Source of the DNA: an uncultured virus (IMG/VR IMGVR_UViG_3300033121_002286)
Lineage: Duplodnaviria; Heunggongvirae; Uroviricota; Caudoviricetes
Reading direction: 5' to 3' (one strand)
Virus record (IMG/VR): IMGVR_UViG_3300033121_002286
DNA length: 64,000 bases
Below the pieces are notes generated by a model, which worked only from the letters and a program-made list of their open reading frames with translations, searched no databases and had not been told where the DNA came from. Numbering within the stretch: the first letter of the stretch is position 1; every line of letters begins with the position of its first letter. Made by a program: the position numbers and the translations under genes. Of this stretch, positions 39,311 through 47,669 are shown piece by piece.

Positions 39311-40153
39311 TTAATCATTATAAAAATTATTTTCTTCACGCTCTGCTTTTAAGACAGATTTATTTATGTTAGATCCAGAGGTCACATTGCTTTTAAGTAA
39401 ATTTTTAATTTTAGACAAAAAACTTTCAGCCCCCTTGTTTACAACAGGAAGTTCTTTTATTCTTTTCTCAGAAATTTTTCTAAAGGCTTTATCCAACCTT
39501 TCTCTTTGGTTCATAGTTAAGCTCATTTGAAATGCAAATTTAATGGTTTCTAATTTATAAATATTCAAATTTATTTGATTTTTATCAACGAGTCGTTGTT
39601 AATTGCTTTCCTAACATATCTCATCAGGGTAATGCATTTGATTGAAGCTGGAAACGTAGAAGTCCCAACGTCATCTCTGTCATTCATGTCAACAGGAAAC
39701 ATGTATTGATTACCCGATTCAGTAATAACCTGATAATACAACACACCGGCAATGGCATGTGATAAGTTGGCCATATTGTTGTTTCCAACAATATCTTTCA
39801 GATCGAATTTGTTTTCATTTTGTGTTTTAATTTGTGTCATCGTTTTTGTTTATTAAATTGTTTTTAAGAAATAAAATTACTTCATCAATCATATCAAGTT
39901 TGGTGATTTTTTGAGAATACATGTGGTATCTACCAGTAAAATCAAATACTGTATAAAACAATATAAATCCTCCAGATGGAGTTCTGTTATATTGAACCCA
40001 AATTGTATCTATCCAATCAAATTCAGTTCCAACTAATCTTTCTGGAATTATTGATTGAATATTCCAAACATTATTAAAGTGTTCTCTTTCTCTTTCAGAA
40101 TATTGTGCACTAGGAGAATAGATTGCGTATAGATTTTGACCTCTTGTTCTCAT
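39311..40153 (-). other. three small hypothetical CDSs (39311..39568, 39571..39840, 39827..~40153)
   Basis: Co-oriented ORFs downstream of the Lys tRNAs. Confidence 0.6.
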
Positions 40154-40167
40154 TTTTTTTATTTTTG

Positions 40168-40253
40168 TCCTCCCAGTGGGACTCGAACCCACGATGGACT
40201 TTTACATCACCTGCTTAAGAGGCAGATCCAATCGCCACTATGGAGATGGGAGG
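40168..40253 (-). tRNA. tRNA-Lys(CTT) with long variable arm
   Basis: CCTCCCA/TGGGAGG-A; CTGC-CTCTTAA-GCAG; GTGGG-TTCGAGT-CCCAC; 86 nt. Confidence 0.85.
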
Positions 40254-40259
40254 AAGTTG

Positions 40260-40347
40260 TGTACCTGGTGGGATTCGAACCCACGATGCAACTTACGTTG
40301 GACGGTTTAAAAGACCGATGTATTCGACCAGCTCTACGCACAGATAC
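40260..40347 (-). tRNA. tRNA-Lys(TTT) with long variable arm
   Basis: GTATCTG/CAGGTAC-A; CGGT-CTTTTAA-ACCG; variable hairpin CAAC-GTAA-GTTG; 88 nt. Confidence 0.85.
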
Positions 40348-40354
40348 ATTTTTG

Positions 40355-40438
40355 TACAGATGGTGGGACTCGAACCCACGATGGATTATTAATCTCCGGT
40401 TTAAAAGACCGTTCCAATCGCCACTATGGGACATCTGC
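40355..40438 (-). tRNA. tRNA-Lys(TTT) with long variable arm
   Basis: GCAGATG/CATCTGT-A; CGGT-CTTTTAA-ACCG; variable hairpin GATT-AAT-AATC; 84 nt. Confidence 0.85.
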
Positions 40439-40440
40439 AT

Positions 40441-40470
40441 AAAAAAAGCACATCTTTTTGTGATGTGCTT
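40441..40470 (-). terminator. attenuator terminator directly 5' of the tRNA-Lys cluster
   Basis: AAGCACATC-ACAAAAA-GATGTGCTT-TTTTT; 5' arm complementary to AGATGTGCTTT (40507..40517) in the leader. Confidence 0.85.
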
Positions 40471-40493
40471 CTTTCAGTTTAGACAATATCCTC

Positions 40494-40556
40494 TCAAGAG
40501 GATGCGAAAGCACATCTTCGATGTTTTTGTTTTTTATGTTTAAGAGTAATTGTCAT
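40494..40556 (-). CDS. Lys-rich leader peptide MTITLKHKKQKHRRCAFASS
   Basis: 20-aa ORF with four AAA codons among codons 6-11, ending 23 nt before the terminator. Confidence 0.8.
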   Translation of the reverse strand: MTITLKHKKQKHRRCAFASS

Positions 40557-40557
40557 T

Positions 40558-40803
40558 TTATTTTTTATAATTTAATTTTAAAAATTCTACTATTTCTTTA
40601 CTTGAAACTAAAGTTGCACCTTGGTTTATTGCATCTTTAAATTTACTTTCTTTAACATCATAATGAGGTTGGTTTTTTCCTCTTTTGTTTTGGAACCAGC
40701 ATTTTTTAATTCCAATCGTTTGTGCAAATATATGTAATTCTTCAATACTATCAGCAATCATGTGACTCCAGCCTTTTATTGGTGTATCAATATAAATTGC
40801 CAT
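40558..40803 (-). CDS. DUF4031-like protein
   Basis: IYID..WSHMIADSIEELH.FA..IG..WFQ..PHYDV. Confidence 0.8.
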   Translation of the reverse strand: MAIYIDTPIKGWSHMIADSIEELHIFAQTIGIKKCWFQNKRGKNQPHYDVKESKFKDAINQGATLVSSKEIVEFLKLNYKK

Positions 40804-40955
40804 ATGTTTAAATCCTCTTACCTTTCTTAATCAACATTCTGATATTTTTGATTTTGAAAATTTCCTGGTTCAAATATATTTTTATAGCCATTGTCACCGG
40901 ATACATTTTAAGTAACCACTTTATTGTATAATTTCCTCCATACCCACCTTTGTAT

Positions 40956-41988
40956 TTAAAAATCATTTTTATATTGCCTTTTTCTGTGTTCTTTCCAATT
41001 GTTATTTATTTGCATTCGGTTTCTGTTACATCCTCTTCCGGGAGAACAAATTCCACAACTGCTAAATTTTCTTGTATGACATTTGTTGTATACATATCGA
41101 TTGTTTGTAATCGACATTTCCTCATTAAAAGTCAATTGATTTATTTTTTCTTTTTCCATTTGAATAAAACATTAATTGTTTTATCCAAAATCTTTTTCCT
41201 TTTTCATTTTTAAATTATTTATATTTAGTTTTTCTGTTGTACTTCCAGGTTCTATACATTCTGTATTGCCAACTGGTTATTTCTTTTTTAAGTTTCTTTA
41301 AAGTTCTTTTTCCTCTGGATCTGTGGAAACAAATTCCTTCATCCCAATACGGTTCTACTTTTATTACTGTAATGTGATAAGCCCTTCCGTTTGTTTCGTT
41401 TTTTAGGCTTGATCTTTTTTTGTTTTTTTTGCTCATGGCATATAGGTTTTTAAACCTAATGCTCATCAAATTTCTTTTTCATTTTTATCTTTTTTACATT
41501 AATCGTAATATCCAATTATTTTTACATTTTTAGGATCACACAATATTTTTGGTGCCTTTCCATCTCCTGGCTTACTTAAATAGACTGGTATTTTTCCATT
41601 TATTAGATCGTCAGAGTTTTTTGTATATCCTAAACCATGTTTTGTTTCAACTAATTTTCCTTTCTTCTTTGCCATATTAAATAATATTATTTAATTGTTT
41701 TTGAATGTGTTGTTTTTCCAACAATTCAATATAACCCATGGGTGAAGTTCCAGGAGGAAGAAAACTAATATCTTTAAATCCATTCTCTTTTGTTATAATA
41801 GATTCTGACATGTTTACTCCTGCTGCATTTTTCTTTCCATAATCCCCAGTTTCTAATTTCTTAGTAGCCGGATTTACGTCTCCCCATTGTGTTCTATCCA
41901 GATTATCCGGATGATCTTCCATAACTTCAACATAGAAAGTTTTATTTAAAATTGTGGAGTGTATAGTTGTATATTTTACGTTGCTCAT
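40956..41988 (-). other. small, mostly basic hypothetical CDSs (40956..41159, 41215..~41438, 41677..41988)
   Basis: K/R-rich ORFs, two ending in WK..RK.(Q/K)YK. Confidence 0.6.
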
Positions 41989-42181
41989 TTTTTTAACTTA
42001 TTAATTTATTTATTTCATCTATTCCTTTAGACATAGATTCTGTTACTTGTTTAATTGCATCCAATATAGAAGGTGCATATATTTGATTTTTCCATTCTTC
42101 AAAATTCAAAAGAGATTCTGGATTTTGAATTTTATATTGTTTATATTGACTATCTAATGTCATATCTCAATTTGTTTTTTG

Positions 42182-42266
42182 AGGAGAGTACTGGAATTGA
42201 ACCAGTGCAGGTGTTACCCTGACCTCTGTTTAGCAAACAGGCACATTACCACTCTGTCAACTCTCC
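42182..42266 (-). tRNA. tRNA-Ser(GCT)
   Basis: GGAGAGT/ACTCTCC; CTGT-TTGCTAA-ACAG; long variable arm. Confidence 0.9.
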
Positions 42267-42283
42267 ATTTATTTATTGGAAAT

Positions 42284-42601
42284 TTAATTTTCATCCAAAA
42301 ATTTATTCCAACTTTTAATCAACCCTTCTATATTCTCCTTTCCAACCCCATTTGCAGAATGAACATTTACAATCATTCCTCTGAGATCAAATTGCTTTTC
42401 ATTAATTAACCACTTAACACAATCTATTCCATCTTTTCCTTCTCCGGCCCCAAGATCATGATCAAAGGAGCATTCTACTGGCACTCCGAAGTTTTCAATC
42501 GTTGAGATGAAATCTTCATAACTACGAACTACAACCCAAGGTCCGGGAGTTTTTGGATTTCTTTCGTCATCCAAATATAATTTATAGTTTTTAAATTTCA
42601 T
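42284..42601 (-). CDS. cyclic-phosphate-processing receiver-like domain protein
   Basis: LYLDDERNP, VVRSY, SFDHDLG, HSANGVG. Confidence 0.75.
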   Translation of the reverse strand: MKFKNYKLYLDDERNPKTPGPWVVVRSYEDFISTIENFGVPVECSFDHDLGAGEGKDGIDCVKWLINEKQFDLRGMIVNVHSANGVGKENIEGLIKSWNKFLDEN

Positions 42602-42619
42602 AGTTTAACAATTTATTAG

Positions 42620-42706
42620 AGGAAAGCGAAGGAACCGACCCCTTACCAGCTCATCACTGATACCATAGTTTTCAAGACTATTTGTACTCCATGTACGGCG
42701 CTTTCC
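42620..42706 (-). tRNA. tRNA-Ser(TGA), possible 8/4 acceptor/T-stem fold
   Basis: GGAAAGCG/CGCTTTCC 8 bp; ATAGT-CTTGAAA-ACTAT; T loop GTCGGTT. Confidence 0.8.
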
Positions 42707-42715
42707 CTGTTTTTG

Positions 42716-42789
42716 TGGACCCCCTGGGAATTGAACCCAAACCCGCAGTTTTTCAGACTGCTGTGCACACCAAATTACACCAAAGGTCC
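42716..42789 (-). tRNA. tRNA-Phe(GAA)
   Basis: GGACCTT/GGGGTCC-A; GCAGT-CTGAAAA-ACTGC. Confidence 0.9.
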
Positions 42790-42802
42790 ATAATAAAAGT
42801 TA

Positions 42803-42874
42803 TCTCAGCCAGCACGGTTAGCGCACGTAGCCGCCTTGTTTTTCCCATTGTTTGGCGCATATGGGTACTGAGCA
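42803..42874 (-). ncRNA. unidentified GC-rich structured RNA between tRNA-Met and tRNA-Phe
   Basis: Closing stem CTCAGT/GCTGAG; CCCAT/ATGGG hairpin whose loop CGCC can pair with downstream GGCG. Confidence 0.5.
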
Positions 42875-42883
42875 TCACCTTTG

Positions 42884-42987
42884 TAACGGAGGCGAGAATC
42901 GAACTCGCATTCTCTTTCGAGATCGGGTTTATGAGACCCGGCTGGACTTCATTTGTGTGAAGCTTGCCATTTCCAGTCCACTCCGCA
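42884..42987 (-). tRNA. tRNA-Met(CAT), 104 nt, extra D-loop hairpin and long variable arm
   Basis: TGCGGAG/CTCCGTT-A; CGGGT-CTCATAA-ACCCG; CTTCA-CACAAA-TGAAG insert; TCTC-GAAA-GAGA. Confidence 0.8.
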
Positions 42988-43054
42988 ATATATATTTTAT
43001 GTTGTACTGTTAGTTGGTAATGATGTTGTAGTATTAGTTGGTAATGATGTTGTA

Positions 43055-43087
43055 AACAAAAAAGCCCCGGAGATTATCCAGGGCTTC
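43055..43087 (-). terminator. attenuator terminator of the Met/Phe/Ser tRNA operon
   Basis: AAGCCCTGGA-TAATC-TCCGGGGCTT-TTTT; 5' arm complementary to CCAGGGTTC (43139..43147) in the leader. Confidence 0.85.
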
Positions 43088-43113
43088 TTTTACTTTTTGG
43101 TTTCTTTATATAT

Positions 43114-43221
43114 TCAACTTAGAAACTTATAGGCAATAGAACCCTGGCTCGTCATTTTACTAAATGACGAGAAGAAGCTTTTTGATTTGCTTACTGAGTT
43201 CATATTTGTTACAAGTTGCAT
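43114..43221 (-). CDS. Ser/Phe/Met-rich leader peptide MQLVTNMNSVSKSKSFFSSFSKMTSQGSIAYKFLS
   Basis: 35 aa with 10 Ser, 4 Phe, 3 Met, between promoter (43303) and terminator. Confidence 0.85.
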   Translation of the reverse strand: MQLVTNMNSVSKSKSFFSSFSKMTSQGSIAYKFLS

Positions 43222-43376
43222 TGAAGACTTTTTATTGATTTTGTTAATGTAAATATGCAGAAAAATTTTTTCTGCAGAATTTTTTATTATTTGTTTAGAC
43301 TGCAAACATACATTAGTAATCTGCAGTTTGCAAACATTTTCTAATTTATTTTAATTTAAACACTGTAACTTGTTGA

Positions 43377-43643
43377 TTAGCAAGTTGATATTTTAGAATT
43401 AATAATAAACTCATGCTCTGTAATTATGCATTTTATTTTTTTATCAAACACCGTATCATATTTCATGAATGCTTCTACATGCTCTTTCAATTCAAACCTT
43501 TGTGCTTGTAGAGGATCTCTTGTCCAGGATGGAAATAATTCTATGTTAAAATCATGAGCATAAATTCCTTCTACCGGAGTTCTGTTTAAATAATACCACT
43601 CATGAGTGTCTGTTCTTTCTATAAAATAATAATATTGCTTCAT
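43377..43643 (-). CDS. hypothetical protein
   Basis: 88-aa ORF; WTRDP..A..F, ITEHEF. Confidence 0.6.
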   Translation of the reverse strand: MKQYYYFIERTDTHEWYYLNRTPVEGIYAHDFNIELFPSWTRDPLQAQRFELKEHVEAFMKYDTVFDKKIKCIITEHEFIINSKISTC

Positions 43644-43712
43644 ATGTAGAGAACGCTGAAGCGTGACAAAATCTATAACGTGTTTTTGCTAATTTTTAAT
43701 TTATCTTGAAAT

Positions 43713-45125
43713 CCACCTTCTTTGAAGGTGGTAATATCCTTATGGTTTTGCTTGGAATTAATAAAAAACAAATTAACCAAAAATATTTGTGGTTAAAATA
43801 ATTTTTTCATATATTTATACTTAGAAATTAAAAATGCTTAAAACTTATAAATATAGAATTTCGCCAACCCAAAAGCAAAAACTGCTCTTGGAAAAGCATT
43901 TTGGTGCTGTTCGGTTTGTTTATAATTTAGCACTGGAGACAAAAACAATAGCTTATTCTTCTATTAAATACAACATATCTAGATATGAACTTCAAGAACA
44001 ACTGCGTGATTTAAAAGAAGGATATGAATGGCTGAAAGAAATAAACAGTCAGTCTTTGCAATTCTCTTTACTTAACTTAGATGTAGCTTACACAAACTTT
44101 TTTAAAGGCAGGGCAAAGTTTCCAAATTTTAAAAACAAATATTCTTCTAAACATAGTTTTCATTGTCCACAAAATATTGCCATTGAAAATGGTTTGATAA
44201 CTTTACCGAAATTTAAAGAGGGAATAAAAATAAAATTGCATAGAAAATTTTTTGGAGAAATAAGAAATGCCACGGTAAGCAAAACCTCAACAAATAAATA
44301 TTTTGTATCCATTTTAGTGGATACAAAAGAGAGCACTCCAGATAAACTTTTAATCGAAAAGCAAACAGCAGTTGGAATAGATATGGGAGTTAAAATCTTT
44401 GCCACGTTGTCAAATGGAGAAGATATTCCCAATTCGACTTTTTTAAAATCTTCATTGCAAAGACTAAAAGTTTTGCAAAGGAGATTATCCAAAAAGAAAA
44501 AGGGAAGTGCAAACAGAAAAAAATCAACATTAAAATTAGCGAAGCAACATGAAAAAATAGCAAACCGAAGAAAAGATTTTCTTCACAAAACAACAAATGC
44601 GATAACCAAGCAATATAATACAGTTGTTATTGAAGACTTGAATATAAAAGGAATGAGTGCAAAGTGCAAATCTCAAAAAGATGAGAATGGAAAATACATT
44701 CACAACGGACAGTCAGCAAAGACAGGATTGAACAGATCTATTCTCGATGCTGGCTGGGGCATGTTTGCAGAATTTCTGAAATATAAATGCGAGTGGCGTG
44801 GAAAGAATTTTATCCAAATTGGAAGATTCGAACCTTCTAGTAAAATACACAATGGGTGTGGTTATTATAACCACTCTTTAACTTTACAAGAGAGAGAATG
44901 GATATGTCCAAAATGTGGTAAGTTGGTTGACAGGGAAAAAAACGCAGCATTAAACATATTAGATTTTGGATTAAATCCAAAGCAAAAACAAAAAGATTCA
45001 GGTGTGGAACGCACCGTTGAGCCTGTGGAGTTGCCGACAATGGTTAGGACTGTGAAGCAGGAAAAATTTATGGTTAAGTCTTGTACTTAATTATAATACT
45101 ACCTGCTTTGCAGGTGGTTGTTCAC
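43713..45125 (+). mobile_element. IS200/IS605-family (IS1341-like, TnpB-only) element
   Basis: Hairpins CCACCTTC-TTT-GAAGGTGG (43713..43731) and ACTACCTGC-TTT-GCAGGTGGT (45098..45118) then TGTTCAC; no tnpA; left boundary uncertain. Confidence 0.7.
43834..45090 (+). CDS. tnpB: RNA-guided endonuclease TnpB family protein
   Basis: YKYRISPT..FG.VRFVYN, VGIDMG, VVIEDL, SSK..CG..WICPKCG..DREKNAALNI. Confidence 0.93.
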   Translation: MLKTYKYRISPTQKQKLLLEKHFGAVRFVYNLALETKTIAYSSIKYNISRYELQEQLRDLKEGYEWLKEINSQSLQFSLLNLDVAYTNFFKGRAKFPNFKNKYSSKHSFHCPQNIAIENGLITLPKFKEGIKIKLHRKFFGEIRNATVSKTSTNKYFVSILVDTKESTPDKLLIEKQTAVGIDMGVKIFATLSNGEDIPNSTFLKSSLQRLKVLQRRLSKKKKGSANRKKSTLKLAKQHEKIANRRKDFLHKTTNAITKQYNTVVIEDLNIKGMSAKCKSQKDENGKYIHNGQSAKTGLNRSILDAGWGMFAEFLKYKCEWRGKNFIQIGRFEPSSKIHNGCGYYNHSLTLQEREWICPKCGKLVDREKNAALNILDFGLNPKQKQKDSGVERTVEPVELPTMVRTVKQEKFMVKSCT

Positions 45126-45136
45126 TAAAATTACTG

Positions 45137-45190
45137 ATATTTATTTAAATATCTATATTTATTTAAATATCTATATTTATTTAAATATCT
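45137..45190 (+). repeat. three exact tandem 18-bp repeats ATATTTATTTAAATATCT
   Basis: Copies at 45137, 45155, 45173, each containing TATTTAT. Confidence 0.9.
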
Positions 45191-45199
45191 AAGTAAAAT

Positions 45200-46786
45200 A
45201 TGAAAAATTTAATAAAAACACTCCGTATAAAAATTAAAAATCAATTAAGGGAAAACCTTGAGGATGAAATTGAAAATAAGTGGATAAGTATTTGTTCTAA
45301 GCACAAAGAATATGAACCAGGATGCAGTCTTTGCAATAAAAAAGTAAGATTAAGTGAAGATTTTGAAAGGAATAAAATAATTGCCGGGGAAATAATCAAG
45401 CAACTTGGTGGATTTGGTAAATTAAAATCAATGACCGGTGCTCACACTTTCGTAGCTCACGAAAGTGGGGTTTCTTTTAAAATAAAAAATCCAAAAGCAA
45501 ATTATATCAAAATAATATTAAATGGGAATGATAATTATGATGTGGAAGTTGGAAGAATAAGAGGAATGGATTATAAAGTTTTGGTTAGTGAAACAGATAT
45601 TCCTGCTGAAGGTTTAAAAAATTTAATTGAAAAAAGCACAGGTATGTATCTTTCTTTGTTTGAAAATGGGGTGAATGCTTTATGGAGAAAAGATTTTGAA
45701 AACCAAATAAAACCGGAAGAAGAACGGGATAAAACTTCTGAAATTGAATCAGAAATAGAAATGAGAATGAGTCCTTCTTGGGACGCACTTCCATACTCTG
45801 AAATAAATGAAATAGCCGAAACCTACGGGGTTGACTTTGAAGATGTTTTAAATATAATGCAATCTTATTTAATCAAAAGAAACAATGAGAGAGTTTCTGA
45901 TTTAAAATATTGGGTTAAAGAATTGTTGGATCAATTTGAAAATTCGGGAAACGATAATCCTTCTTGGCAAGAGTTTTATTTAATGTGGACAAAAGAAGGT
46001 TTTCAACATGAAAATTCTTGGGCAACAGAAGGTGATGTAGAAACGGAATACAAAAAACAAACTTCAGATCCAAACCAACTTTCTCTATTTGAAAATTTAA
46101 TAAAAAATTACTTAATAAAAGAATTATATGATAACTTCGGAGATGAGGGATCTCAACCTGGAGATGCTGAATATCATCATGATATGGGACACAATAAAGC
46201 CAATAATGGTAGAGATGTATTTGCCAATATAGATTGGAAAGTATTTTGGGAAACCCTTATAAACAACACAGAAATAACTAAAGATAAAACAAGAGAAGGT
46301 ATTACATATAATGTTTCTGATTTAACAGATGATGATGGGTTTTTAAGCTTTGATAGTTTGAAACATTTGGAAGATTATGGTTTAATTTATAATTGGGATG
46401 GCATTCCTATTATTGATGAACCTGAATATTTAGATTTCAATAAATTTTATAATAAAGCAAAAGAAATTTGGCTTAAAGATGTTAGGGTAAAAAATGACCC
46501 ATCACACGAACCATCTCCTTATTATAGAGGCAATGAAGATTCAATGCTTGAGAATGATTTGCCAGGAGAAAATATAGAATATGAAGTCAAATATGATAAA
46601 TTGGTTGATGGGGAGTACGAACCAAGCAAAGCGTTTTTTAAAGATTTAAAAATGGCAATAATGTTCGCCAAAGAAAAATATGCGGCAATAAGATATACCA
46701 AAACACTTTCAGATGGAAGAGAGGAAACTGGCTATGTTAACGTATCAGATCCTTCTTATCCTTTAATACCTGATAAAAGATTTTAA
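45200..46786 (+). CDS. acidic multi-module hypothetical protein with internal LxE linkers
   Basis: LRE, LSE, LFE, IKE, MLE boundaries; IIKQLGG..MTGA module; DPNQLSLFE. Confidence 0.7.
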   Translation: MKNLIKTLRIKIKNQLRENLEDEIENKWISICSKHKEYEPGCSLCNKKVRLSEDFERNKIIAGEIIKQLGGFGKLKSMTGAHTFVAHESGVSFKIKNPKANYIKIILNGNDNYDVEVGRIRGMDYKVLVSETDIPAEGLKNLIEKSTGMYLSLFENGVNALWRKDFENQIKPEEERDKTSEIESEIEMRMSPSWDALPYSEINEIAETYGVDFEDVLNIMQSYLIKRNNERVSDLKYWVKELLDQFENSGNDNPSWQEFYLMWTKEGFQHENSWATEGDVETEYKKQTSDPNQLSLFENLIKNYLIKELYDNFGDEGSQPGDAEYHHDMGHNKANNGRDVFANIDWKVFWETLINNTEITKDKTREGITYNVSDLTDDDGFLSFDSLKHLEDYGLIYNWDGIPIIDEPEYLDFNKFYNKAKEIWLKDVRVKNDPSHEPSPYYRGNEDSMLENDLPGENIEYEVKYDKLVDGEYEPSKAFFKDLKMAIMFAKEKYAAIRYTKTLSDGREETGYVNVSDPSYPLIPDKRF

Positions 46787-46968
46787 AAACTATTCTTCGA
46801 TAATAGAACAATTATCTTTTCTGACTCTTACAGTTTCTTTCCTTTCTCTTTTGGGATCATAATATTCTCCAATATAAGAGTCTGAATTTTCCTTTAATAC
46901 ATTAACAATTCCATCTTTTGGGACCATCAAAGCATCCCTGTTGTTTTTAAGCTTAACTTTCATTTCTT

Positions 46969-47598
46969 TCATTTTATGTTTATTAATTTTTCAATAAAGT
47001 TTAAATCATTTTTTCTTTTTTGCATATATTTTTCATACATGAATTTTCCGTAATTGGTCATGGGTTTCATTCCCTCAATAAATTTAACATATAACATGGG
47101 AGAAGTTTTAAAATTTAAATTCATTTCCTGAGAAAGGCCATAAAAAACCTGTTGCAAATAATTATTTTCATACCATTGCATCAAATCACAGTCTCTAATT
47201 ATTTTTTGCTCTAAAAAAAGTTCATTTTCAGAAATAACATAAGGGTATTGTGTGGCCTTTATTATTTCAACTATTTTTTCTGAATCAATTTCAGATTCAA
47301 CACTATATTTCCAAAAAGAAGAAATGGAATTTTTTACATTCACATCATCAGTAAATTTCCCGGCAGAATGGTTGAAGTCATGGAACAAAGCAGCGATTAG
47401 CAAAAGTCTTGTTTTCTTTTTTTCTAATCTTTCTTTTTTAGAGGCTCTGTAACAATTTGTAAAAACTGTGAGTATATGGTAATTATTGTGATATGGATTT
47501 GTTGCGCCTGTATTTTCAGTAAGTAAAATATGAAAATAAAACTCCAATTTAAAAATTTGGATTATTCTTAAATACTCACTAACAATTAGTTTTTTCAT
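46969..47598 (-). CDS. HD-domain phosphohydrolase / PDEase-like protein
   Basis: NPYHNNYH, AALFHDFNHS, IRDCDL; start reassigned to MKKLIV after TAnnTTTG at 47605. Confidence 0.85.
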   Translation of the reverse strand: MKKLIVSEYLRIIQIFKLEFYFHILLTENTGATNPYHNNYHILTVFTNCYRASKKERLEKKKTRLLLIAALFHDFNHSAGKFTDDVNVKNSISSFWKYSVESEIDSEKIVEIIKATQYPYVISENELFLEQKIIRDCDLMQWYENNYLQQVFYGLSQEMNLNFKTSPMLYVKFIEGMKPMTNYGKFMYEKYMQKRKNDLNFIEKLINIK

Positions 47599-47626
47599 CA
47601 GGATCAAAGATACAAATTTTAAAATT

Positions 47627-47663
47627 AAAAAACCCCGAAAAACTAGGTTCTTCAGGGTTTTTT
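47627..47663. terminator. intrinsic terminator closing the large ncRNA transcript
   Basis: AAAAAACCCCGAA..TTCAGGGTTTTTT. Confidence 0.8.
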
Positions 47664-47669
47664 GATGCC

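Noticed and set aside
42803..42884. tRNA-associated HDV-like (theta) ribozyme
   Set aside because: Could not fit the nested double pseudoknot or catalytic C by eye; kept only as an unassigned structured RNA
40136..42960. ORFs 40136, 40207, 42179, 42682 (also 30575, 30804)
   Set aside because: They overlap tRNA genes and are spurious translations
42999..43054. 24-nt tandem duplication (TTAGTTGGTAATGATGTTGTA)
   Set aside because: Only about 2.3 copies without spacers; simple local duplication
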